Positions 26,917 to 38,889 of a stretch of DNA of 64,000 nt are shown piece after piece (position 1 is the stretch's first letter; the number at the start of each line of letters is the position of its first letter). The DNA is from Gnetum montanum (Eukaryota > Plantae > Gnetophyta): positions 311,380-375,379 of the forward strand of contig MNCI01001563.1 of assembly GCA_015680685.1 (NCBI GenBank). Direction: 5' to 3'. The notes under the pieces are model-generated. The model saw only the letters and a program-made list of their open reading frames with translations, had not been told where the DNA came from and did no database searches. A program made the position numbers and the translations under genes.

Positions 26917-29200
26917 AGATGGTCAAGTAGAAAGAATAAATCAAGTGCTAGAAGACCTCCTAAGAGCTTTTATTCTTCATAATCTAAGAAGTTGAAAAGA
27001 CTACTTATCCTTAGTTAAGTTTTCCTATAATAATAGCTAGCATAAGTCTATAGGAATGGGTATTTTTGGGGTTCATTATGGAAGAAGACATAGAATTCCT
27101 ACTTCATGAGTTAGTTGAAAGATAAAGTTATAAATAAACTAGAATTAATTCAAGACATGGAACCAAAGATCAAAATTATAAGAGAAAGACTTAAACAAGT
27201 TGTAGAAAAGCAAAAGAGTTATGCATATAGGTGACAAAAACTCCTATAATTTGAAGTAGATGAAAATTTTTTCATAAACTTGTCCTCATAAATATAGTTT
27301 CTAGAGATGTAAATAGATTTAATCAACCCTAAGATTTATTAGATCACTTGATATTTTGGAAAGGATTAGACTCGTGACATATATATTGGCATTATCCCCT
27401 CAATTGGAACATATGCATATGTTTTTCATGTAATTATGTTAAGAAAATATATTTTAGATCCGTTTTATATTTTGAATTGCCAACATATTAAGGTGGAGGT
27501 GAACTATTTAACTATGAAATAGTTAGAGAGAATCCTAAACAAATATGTAGTTAGATCATGGAATAAGGAGGTTTATAAAGTTAAAGTAAAATGGTAAAAC
27601 CATGGAGTTCATGAAGCTACTTGGAAAATGGAGGGTGAAATGCATGAACTTTATCCATTTTTATTCTAGATTTCTAGGAGTGAATCTTCTCAAGTGAAGC
27701 AGTTATGTAGTGTCCCACATTTGTATATGTGATCTTAATATGCTATTAAATAGTTAGACTTAGAACTTCTTTAAAGATTATATATATATGTAGATGTACA
27801 TAGTACTTCTAAGTTAATATGAAGACTTTTGATTATATGATTTAAGTAAATTTACTATTTATTATAATTATTAGTTATTTTAAGATAGAAAAGATAGATA
27901 TTTTTATTGATAAATCATAACAGAAAAGTGTAACACTATTTTAGAATAATAGTATGAAATTAATGAAATTTGGATACATATTTTATTTTAAAATTTTGAT
28001 AAAATTTTAAATTCATTAAATATTTAATTAATAAAATATATTTAAAATTTAAAATTATCAAAATCTACTCAAATTTGAAGAACTAGCTTGATTTTACATC
28101 TAGAGTATAGGCATATAATTAGTTTTCTAATTCAAGTCCTAGATTTTAACATTTTAATATTAAATAGTTAGAAAAGTATTTTGTGGATATATATTTTCTA
28201 TAATTGATTTAAAATACTAATTTTTAGTTAGGTAACAATAGCATGTTTGTGTTTGTTTTGACCAAATCGACATGTGTAACATGTTAAATGTATAAAAATT
28301 TTAATATCATGATTCTTGCTAGCCAAAATATAAGAATTGTGAAAAAATACATAAAAGACCAAAAACAAGTTAGAAACCCTTATTATCTTAAAAGAAGCCA
28401 AAAAGTTGCACCACAAGAGAACAATTAATGTAGAAAAGTAAAAATGTGTGCTTGATGTTACTTTATGACATACTTATGATGACATCTATTTTTTTATATG
28501 GATATTATCTACTTCATATTAATAAATGTCAAAAGGACAACTGACTTATTTAATAGGAACATGTGGCTTCCTTGGGTGTTGTCACACTTTTATGTCTACT
28601 TTCACATGAGCTTGCTTATTCAAGTAATCATCATGTTATGAATTATAAAAAAGAGAGATATTTTTGGAGAATGAATTATCTAGCCATATCCCATTGTGTA
28701 AACTTTTGTATAAAAATTTTTGTTAAAGTAGTGGAGTCCTCTTCATCCTATAAATAGAGGCGCATTTTCTATTATTTTCATCTTGGTGCACAAGAGAGGA
28801 TGACTCAATTATATTTAAGATAAAGAGAAAAAATTTATGTTATTGTTCCTTGTTTATCTATAGTCTATATTGTGGACTATCGTTTTCTAATTTTATTTGA
28901 GGCCTTTGGTTGTACCTTAAGCTTGCAGTTTCAACCTAATTCTTAAGGGCATGTGATATTTCTTATGAGTTATGAATCATAAATGGGATCTTTCTTGAGT
29001 CATGCATATAATTTTTATCATATATGTATTAGACTTATGACTTAGCATTTTCTTAGGGTCATGTGCACTTGTATTTCATGTTTCTTGAACATTATTAAAG
29101 AATATGGGCTACAAGAGCTTAGTTATTTAAAGTGCTTGACGGTATTAGCCCTTACCATTTTATCCAATCCTAGTGATTTTCTAGTATGGGTTATAAGATG
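26917..29200 (+). mobile_element. Chromovirus (Tekay-like) remnant: integrase C-half, chromodomain, PPT, 3' LTR starting at 27706 (right end uncertain)
   Basis: DGQVERINQVLEDLLRAF, KQKSYA, VFHV, VKVKW*NHGVHEATWKME..LYPFLF, then a PPT-like tract and TGTAGTGTCCC. Confidence 0.75.
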
Positions 29201-29799
29201 TAATATTGGAGGAACTTAGTATGTAACTACTAAATGATGAAAGAGTCCATTGATTATTCATTTAAAAATAAAAATAAATTATACATATTGATGATTGTTG
29301 GTATTTGTTGCATGATGGAAAGTAAAGTGTACATGTTATATTTTATTAAACATTTTCAAGATTAGTTTTAAGGGAATTGTCAAAATAGTTTCATGTCCTA
29401 CTTCATTGTTAAATGGTCCTTTGTTCAAGACTACATTTCTCTTAATGTAAAAACATTAAATGTTAGAACAATTTCATGACAAATATTTTCAAAGTTCGAC
29501 ACTATGTTAATTCATAATGATGGTCAATCTTAGTATATTTTAAATTTTTTTGTGTCTCCTTTCTATTTGACATTTGAGTTCATAGAATTTACTTAATCTA
29601 TTTTCTTAAACTCATAATTTAATTTCATGGTTATGATAGATAGTGCTATTTTTCAAATTGCAAATTACAAGTTTTTATATTACAATCACTAGAAAATCAC
29701 CTTTAAAAAAATTGTCTTGGTTCTAGAAAAAAAAGCTAAAGATTTCATCTATTTTATTCTAGGTAAAAAATTCAAAGACTGTCCTTTCTTTTGGTTATA

Positions 29800-32690
29800 A
29801 TGTTTGATTTCATCACTTGCAAATTTTTAAAATTATGTTCTTTGTTCAATAAATATCTATACATAGACATGAATTTGATAAACCTATTATATTATCAAGT
29901 ACTTTTACACATATAGGATTTATATTAAGGTCTATATGCATGTTAGAAATGTCATTTGAGTATACAAACTATCTTAGAATAAATGGTTGGTATTTAATTC
30001 CCCAAGATTCTACCTTTCATTTAAAGATAATTTAGAGATTGTAAATGCCTTAGGTAGAAGGAAAACATTGTGAAATCCCCACTTTCATAAACTGTGTTGA
30101 TAATTATAATTTCATATCTATTTTAGGCATTTATTTTCTCTTACACTTATATTTTTTTTGCTAAAATATAGGATATCTTAAAATGGAGAAAACATTGGTT
30201 GACTTTCATATGTGAACTTTTAGCTATGATCAGTGAGGTTAGATAGTAACAATTATTTCTTGACATAAATGAGAAACAAACTTATATGTTGTAACTCTTC
30301 ATTGTTTTATGTATGAGCTAGTTTCTTAAATGATATTTAAAAACTTACTTCAGATGCACAATTATCTTCTTTCTATTATATGTTGCGGATAGTGGGTTAT
30401 AGAAGCCTAGAAGTCTCTTTGAAGTAAGCCTTTTCTACATACTGAGAGATTTGTAATTTGTTATTCATTTTTCTAGTTTTAATATGCTAACCTTATTTAT
30501 TTAATATCAATTATAATTTATTTATTTAATTAAATAGAATATAAAACATATTACTTTCTTTCCATAAAATGAACTCATATGAATTATGATTAGGAGTTCT
30601 TTGGACTTTAGGGTAAGAAAATCACCTCAATTCACAATTAGTAATTAGGTGGATGATCTATTTAATTCATGTGTCTTGTGGGAAGCATGTAATATTTTAT
30701 AGCGATCATTAGCTAATCAATTTAATAATAATAGATGTTCATCTCAATACCTTATATACATGGGTTGCACTATTTATTTATTTTTATGTAAAACCTACAT
30801 TGGATTTGAGGGTGAATATCATTATCTAAATGTGGATGTGTATATGCTTCTTAAGCTTAATATCTTGAGCCATTAGACCCAAGGGGTTAAGTTACACAAC
30901 ACTTGAAGGTTTTCAATGATGCAAACACCATTCATAAGTAGTGTGTAACCACTACATGTACAATCTGTGATCACCTATCGTAGGGGTATATTGAGGTATC
31001 GTCCAAAAATGATAGTTTAGCCAAACCTTATTTTTGTAACATAGAACTTAAAGATAACTTAACTTACAACTAAATGGTGACTAAATTCTTTGAATTGGAG
31101 AACTCTTAACGCAGAAATGCAATGCCATATTGTATAGGCAAAGTTGTTTAAGCCTGTGTATTTTTAATCAATAACCATGATTTGAAGTCTTTTTAAATTA
31201 AATAATCTTGTTTGATAAAGACATAGTGGAGGATTAGGATTACATCCAACCACATCTATTGGAATTTATTATAAAACAAGACTTGAAACAAGTGAGTCAC
31301 ATAAATGTTTGATATTTTCTAGCTTCTAAATAATAGGAAGTAATAGCTATCACCTCTAGCTATACTAGTATATGAGGTATTATAGTACCTCTAAAGCTAG
31401 ACAATATGTTGCTAATGCATTAATTCTTAGAATTATGAAAAGTAGAAAAGTCACATCTTATCAACAACATGTTGAGGAATGAGGGAAAGAGGTATGTGAC
31501 CTTCATACAAGCCTATAGGATAAATGACAACCTGAAAAAATTTTCTTCTAACCATCCAAGACCATAATCCTAATGTTGTATATTTGTTTTAATTACATAT
31601 GAGCCTTAATTCCTCTTATGATTTTCTCCTTGATATATTTATCCCATTTGCAGTCACTAATATAGTGGAGATCCTAGTGTCTAAGGGAGTTTACTATTTC
31701 TACTTTTGTAGTCTCAAATTTATAATTATAATTTGCATTTCTTATTCCCCATATTATCATTTTTGTTTTCTCTTCATGACTTGTAGACTAGAATATAAAC
31801 AAAAAATTTTAGAATTTATTCTAGTCTACAAGTCACATCAAATAACAATAAAGATGTCCATCACATATTTTCATCAACCGTCACATCAATAAAAAATTTA
31901 GAGACCAAAATGAGTTAGAGATAAAGGACATCTTTACTTCATTCTAATTTTGCTCCATAACTAAAAATTATTCCCTCACTCATTTTATTTAAGTTCAATG
32001 ATGGCTTCTTTATATAGCTTTTATATTGTTCCCATAAATTCTCTAAGGATGCCTATTTTATAAGATGTAACCATAATTTTTTATGAATCATAAAATCATA
32101 TGTTTTTTTTTTTTTTGCAAAGTTAACAAAGCAAATAAATAATTTTCTATGTAGCTTTTTCTATAGCTTCCATATGATTTATCAATGTAACTAACAATCA
32201 ATTGTGGAATGGTTCTACCTAAAATTAGCATTACACATTACTCTAATGTTATCAACTTTTTCTTAACTGCTAAATCAATTTTTTAATAATTGTGCTTAAC
32301 AACTTAGCAAAGACATCACTTACAACTATCTTCTGATAATTATTCAAATTATTTTTATCCTCTCTTTTATATAGAAGTATTTTGTTTCTAACTTTTCATA
32401 TTTATGTTTAGTTAACGATAAATTTCTCTATGAATGGGAGTCCTTATCCATTAAGCAAGTCACCATAAAAACCATCAAAATCCATAGCTTTTCCAAATGC
32501 CTTCTAATTATTTCGAATAAAGTGGATGGATGCACGACCAAAACTAAAATAACAATTATCAGCTATAGATATTACAAATTTTATGAAAGAAAGATTAAGC
32601 TATGGAGAGACTTTGCGTCGAAAGTACTTCCAAAAACTTTTGGCCTTCTTTATAATCATGTATGCAAACAGCTCTTCTTTATAATCAAAT
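29800..32690 (-). mobile_element. Decayed LINE (RT and downstream region), copy A
   Basis: Colinear with 55265-58305; minus-strand G.K..CPLS motif at ~31915-31945; lacks the YADD segment present in copy B. Confidence 0.75.
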
Positions 32691-34357
32691 TAGCAAAACA
32701 TTTAAATAACAAAAGATTTGGGATTCTATGAAGTTGTGTTCTTTATTCAAAATTCTTTGAAGCCTATTTTTGGGATCATTGAAATTAAAAACTACCAAGT
32801 TCATCTTTTTCATATGCATAAAAAATAACTAACTAAAATATTGCAAAATTGTTAAAATTTGCAACAAAGAATAACAAAATAATGAAAATAGTAAAATAGT
32901 TGAAAACTAGACAATAGTCAAATTAGTAAAAATTTAAAATAGCAAACGGTTTGAGATCCTATAAGATTGCTTTTTTTAAAAAAAATTCTTTTTAAACCTA
33001 GACATAATTAAAAACATCTAAATCCTTAAAACAATAAATATTAATAAGAACTAGATCACCTTGCTCCCACCTTTGTTTTCTACCACAAATAAAATATAGA
33101 TTTAGAAAAAAAATAAAAGCACAAAATGTATTTTTCTACAACACAATATTGTAGAATAAAACCATTTAACAATCTTTAAAACCTCAAACGCCAAAAAAAA
33201 AAAGAATAATAGATATCGATCAACCACCAAAACCTCTCTTAGTATTCACAATAGAAATGTGAAAAAATCTAAATTTGTAAAATAACAAATCTTAATGAGG
33301 AGAGCTAGATTACCCTGCTACTTTGTTATTTCAAGAAAAATGAAATATAGATTTAGAAAAAGGAAAACCATAGGAATCCTCATTTATAACATAAAATAAA
33401 ACTACCTATAATATAATATCATAAAATAAAAATACCTAAAACATAAATGGGCGTACTTAAAATTCAGGTTTGCAGCCTCTAGAACCTCTAAAAAAACAAT
33501 AGATATTGACAAGGAAGTATCAACCTCTTAAACATTTCTTGCTTACTATTCACAATAAAAAATAAAAAAAGATATAAAACAACAAATATTTATGAGAAGA
33601 GCTACATCATCCTATTTGTAGCTCTATTTTTCACCCAAACTAAAATTTACATTTAAAAAATTAAAAACACTACAATAAATACAAACCTTAAACCAAAAAG
33701 ATGATTTAAAAAATTTTAAAAATAGTCTCAAGAGAGATATACTGTGTTATTTTCTTAAGGCAAGTGAATAAAAACTTTATGTAACTTTGAGTTAAATTAG
33801 CTAAATAGAGTGAAATTATATCTATATAAGTAGTAGTTGGTACACATCAAAATATGAGAGCCTGCCACACACAACACCCTTCAAATAACATAACAAAAAT
33901 AATCATATTCTTCACTCATGATGAAAAATTTGTAATATTACCCAACAAAAATTTTGGATTTGCCTTTTCATTTAGGGCAAAATGATCAAGAAAAATAGTG
34001 TAGGGTTGAATTTTTAACCTTGGTACAAGGTACAATGATAGCTACAGCTCCAATCTTTCTCCATGTGACTTTGGCAACTATTCTTTTTGAAATTTTAACA
34101 ATAATATGGTAGTAAATTAAATGATTTAGCAGGTAATTGGAAATAGTAGACTAAAATCTCAGCAAAACACTTGAACATTAAAAATAACCATATGAAACAG
34201 TTTTGAAGAAAAATAGGCTCTATGTTTAATTCACACCACAGAGACCACAATTCAGTTGCAAAAATTTAAAATAAAATGGAATAAAACGATGACTTAGCTC
34301 AAAAATAGGCACAAACGGAACAACTTCCAGTGCAGCCTTGTCTACTACTGGTGCTTG

Positions 34358-34427
34358 CAAAAAGCATACTTCTTCCAACAAACCTGCAATTCCAAAAAGC
34401 ATACTTCTTCCAACAAACCTGCAATTC
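34358..34427. repeat. Perfect 35-bp tandem duplication upstream of the UGT
   Basis: CAAAAAGCATACTTCTTCCAACAAACCTGCAATTC x2. Confidence 0.95.
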
Positions 34428-35092
34428 CACTATGGAATCTACCTGCTCCTCTGCCTTGAATTGCCTCTGAAAGAGCCACCGAGCAGGTAACAAAAGTAAG
34501 AAAGAACCCTAGGATTTTCCTCACTGTCTCTTGCCTTAGAAAATCCCCACCACCTAGCTTTCTACTTCTGCGCACCCTCCTCTTTACCATGTTAGCCTAT
34601 GCTTCCTCCTTTGGTTCGGTCTAAATTAAGAGATGCTGTTGATTCTGTTGCAGGCTTAGTCATGGTTCTTTCGTACTGGATTAGATGTTGCTCATTGTAC
34701 CGATAACTTATTTAATTAAATTTGGCTATTTGTAGGTGACTAACCTGAAGACACATGCTAACAGCCAACAGCCACGTTTTAGTTATTTAAGTCATAGAGA
34801 AATTGTGTGGGTTGTTTTCTTTTAATTTTAAATCTAGTTTAAAGCAACTTAGCGTTTATATTTGGACAAGCAACCTCACCGTCCGAACTGAGAGTCTGTC
34901 GTTCTGTCCTTGTCCGATTAAGACAAAGACAAATCAAACAGTGTACTGCTTACTCTGTTACTTGTGTAGAAATACTTGAACCGTTAAAGCAGCGTAGTAT
35001 ATTTACCAGGCCAATGCTGGCAATTTCATCAGCCAAGATAACCCAAGACTGAACCACTCCCGCGTTTGTAGGTGTCTCATCTTTGGGCGATC

Positions 35093-36773
35093 ATGGAAGC
35101 AGCACCGCAGGCAGAGAACGAGAATGGGATCATCATCTCAGAAGAAGAAGCAGCATTACCACCACCACACGTGGTTCTCTTTCCGTGGATTTTCGTGGGT
35201 CACTTTCTTCCCATGGCGGAACTCGCCAAGACTCTGCGCCTCCATCACGGCCTTCCGGTGATTTTTGTGGCACCAGACTGCGCCACCACAACCGACCAAC
35301 TCCAACAGTCTGCTAGCGAACTCAGGGCCGCCGACGTCACATTCCTGCAACTTCCGGTGCTCGGAAAACCGACGCAACAGAGGAATCCGGCATCAATCAC
35401 GGCAATGGTGACGGCGCTCCAGGAGCGGACAAAACCGCTGCTGGAGCAGGCTCTGGCCGGGATTCTGGCCACGACGCCGGTTTCGGCATTGGTGATGGAT
35501 TTCTTCTGCGCGGATTTGATGGAGGTGCCCCATCGCCTGGGCCTGCCCATCTATGGTTTCTACCCAGGATCTGCATCGGATCTGTGCCTGCACATGTACA
35601 CGCGCGCACAACGCATTCCTGGGGCAGATCCGGAGCGACTGCTTCGTGTGCCCGGCCTGCCCGAGATGAGTGTCGGGGAGCTGCCTCATTGGCACAAGGA
35701 CAAGGAAATGTTGCAGTGGTTTAACGGAATTACTCATAAATTTATGCCGGCGCGTGGACTGTTGATCAATACATTTGAGGCCGCTGAAGAGCAGGCTCTG
35801 GCTGTTCTCAGGACTGGGATTCTTAAGACTGAGACTGAGACAAAAGAGTTCTACGCTGTGGGTCCGATTATCAGGCAGCCTAAAGTCCGGGGAACAAAGA
35901 ATGAATGCTTGGAATGGCTCAGCCAGTAGCCCCCTCAATCGGTTGTCTATGTTTGCTTTGGCAGTCTCTTCACCGTCTCTGGCGAGCAGGTATTTAATGT
36001 ATTCGCGTTTCAGTATTTCCCTGTTTTGTTGGAACAGCTCATAACAAATTAAATTTCCAATTGGTCCACTTTCGATATGCTTCTGTGTTTTCCCATTTGA
36101 ATGCACGCAGATACGGGAGATAGCGCTGGGGCTGGAGGCAACCGCCTTAAGATTTCTGTGGATACTGCGCCGTCCAGAATACCCGTCGGATGTTTCCCAA
36201 ACATGCGAGCACCACCTCAAACACGTGCCCAAGAACATGTGCGAGCATCTACCGGACGGTTTCCGGCAAAGGACCCGTGACAGAGGGCTAATCTTCGAAT
36301 CATGGGCGCCGCAGGTGGCGCTTTTAGCGCACCCTGCAGTGGGCGGCTTCCTCACACATGGGGGCTGGAATTCGAGCCTGGAAGCGCTGCGCTTCGGCGT
36401 GCCTATGGCTGTGTGGCCGCTTGGGGGAGAACAGAGTTTGAATGCAGTTATCCTGGAGCGCCACATGTGCGTGGGTCTGCATGTGCGCTCGAGCCACGCT
36501 CACGCCGACGGGGCGGTTGTGCCAGCCGAGGATGTGCGAAGGGCAGTGGCGGAGCTCATGTCTGCGGACGCGGGCTCCGGCTCAGGCCGTGGCGCGCACA
36601 TGAGAGAGCGCATACGCGAATTGAGTGCAGCCGCGGCCTCTGCCATGGTGCCGGGCGGGTCATCCTATGAGGCGCTTGCTAGCGTAGCGTCCACGTGGAA
36701 TTCGAAAAAGCCGACGTCACAATATGTGCATCCCTCTGCCAATGGTACTGCGCCACCTGTACTGAAATATTGA
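35093..36773 (+). pseudogene. Family-1 UDP-glycosyltransferase (group E-like); exons 35093-35989 and 36111-36773; one in-frame TAG at 35927-35929
   Basis: PHVVLFP..GHFLP (catalytic His), DFF (catalytic Asp), SVVYVCFGS, full PSPG box WAPQVALLAHPAVGGFLTHGGWNSSLEALRFGVPMAVWPLGGEQ, GGSS; phase-0 GT..AG intron of 121 nt; 519 codons if the stop is read as Gln. Confidence 0.92.
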
Positions 36774-37037
36774 GGTATTTTCACTTCAAACTGCATAACA
36801 CTTTTTATCGATTTCTGTTATAAACAAAAACTACTTTGCCGTGAATAATTTTTTCAACCGTATATTTGTTTTCGTAGGCGGAAACTAAACCAAGTTCTTT
36901 TCAGCACGAAATCCGAACTTTTAAAAATTAGCCATACCATCCACACTTTTAAAAACAAGTTCTCCTCTTTTTCTGATTCTGACCCTTGTGGACACTTTTT
37001 GCTTATTCTGAGATTACTGTAGTCATATCTACATGGG

Positions 37038-38886
37038 TGCAAAACTTGTTAAAAGCGAAATAGAGTACTGCTGGATTTTTGAGGATTTTCTCCTTGTTTC
37101 AACCTTTCAACCCCAATAATTTGAATTGGTGGGTTATCTATTGTATTATTGTATAATTTGTGCTGGATTATTGTAATACAATTTTTGTCCTGGATTATTG
37201 TATATGATTATACAATGTGGGAATGTGTGACACAAGATAGCTCAAAGATTGAGCTCGGATGTGTTATGTTATTTTTCCCAAATTTGTTTGATTTTGGGTT
37301 ATGGATGGTTGATGAATATACATATAATGATGTGGTGATATGTGGTGTTGATGAGCCTCATATGATGGTGTTTGTGGGGCCTATTGGGGTGCAAGCATCA
37401 TTGGGCATTTTGAATATTATTTTATTAATCAAACTTTGAACATGCATAAGTTTGCATCTAGGAGTCCGATTTAGGTAAAATTAGTATTGTTGGGATCGTT
37501 TTGAAAAGTACTTTCTAATCGTGGGATTAGTTTTCTCTTTGGGCATATTTCATTTTAAAGGTTATTCTAGTGGTCATTTGTATGGAGGTTTGTGTCTTTG
37601 AGAAATAGAGTATTGTTTGTCATACCGAGGTCTTTCTGTTGCTTTTGTTGCATTGTGGTATTATTTTCATGGCATGACTGTAACTGTTAGGAATATATTT
37701 GTGCGGTTGTTTGGTTGGGTGTGTTGTGTTTATGACATGTGTTGCCTTACGTTAGCCAGACTGTGTATATGATTTCACGACGATGCTTGTGACAATTGTT
37801 TGTGGGTGGTGCTAGCATGAGGGTGTGGACCATTTGGTGATGATGCATCCTAGAGGTAGTATGGATTGACCACCACTATGATGCATCGGTGAGGCTCCTA
37901 TCTCAAGCCTCATCTTAAAAGTGGGAGAGCATAGGTGTGTTCGTCCCTACGGTTGGTCCATAGTGTAGGTGTGTTCATCCCTATCGACAATCCTCCAGAA
38001 GGCTAGTGGTTGCGGGTCATAGGTTGACAGACCCTAGCACTAGTTGAATAAATAAACAACTAATAAAACACCTGCACACAATGGCTATTATGAGTACTCA
38101 TGACAATGTTTCACATGCTACACTGAGCACAGCTATGCTAGCAACCATGTGGGCTATGTATGTGATAGTATTGGTTTGTGAGTCATATCGTTGAGACTAG
38201 GTATTCTGTTTGGATTATGATTGTGTGGATCATGGACTATTTCTAGTATATCATGAGCATGATAGATGATGTTGGACTGTGGTTTGTCTGTGCTTGTATG
38301 ATCATACGATAGCTTTATAGTTGATATGGTGTGTGTTGTTTTGAGCATGCATGAGACTAATAGTGTTGCAAATTGCCTTGTACCCCACTCCTCTCCTCTA
38401 GTGTAGCACTTGTCGACCATCTAGCAGGGGAAGTGTAAAGGCTTCCCACTCAATCATGTACTAACTTTATTTCATTACAGGTGAAAGGTGCATGAGCCTA
38501 GACAAGGTTGGAGGGAGAGAGTAGAGGAGGGGAAATCCTTCAATGTTTGGTTCTGTATATTTTCAAGTCATGTATATTTTTATGTATAGTAGTTTGGACT
38601 AGATACCCCTGTGTGGAACTCTTTGTACTCTTCTTTATATGATGATGAGGTTATGTGTTTCTTTTGTCTTTTCACAGAGCAGTGTATAGTTTGCTTTATG
38701 TAGAGACATGCATTTTTATGAGATGATATGTATGTTTTGTTTTTGGTATGGTAGGAAAGTTCTGTACTGTTTGACTTCTCTTATTAGCATGTATTCTGTG
38801 CATTATTGGTTTTAGTTATCATGCTTTCGTGCTAAGATTTCTTGATCCTAGGCATCACCTTGTCCTCGTTAGGGCAAGGTGTTACA
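37038..38886 (+). mobile_element. Tekay-like solo or partial LTR
   Basis: Ends GGGCAAGGTGTTACA; CATGGG occurs on both flanks (37032-37037, 38887-38892); TG-rich LTR-like interior; 5' end atypical (TGCAAAAC). Confidence 0.6.
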
Positions 38887-38889
38887 CAT

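Noticed and set aside
35393-36466. 357-aa antisense ORF and other overlapping ORFs
   Set aside because: Shadow frames of the GC-rich UGT; no recognisable motifs.
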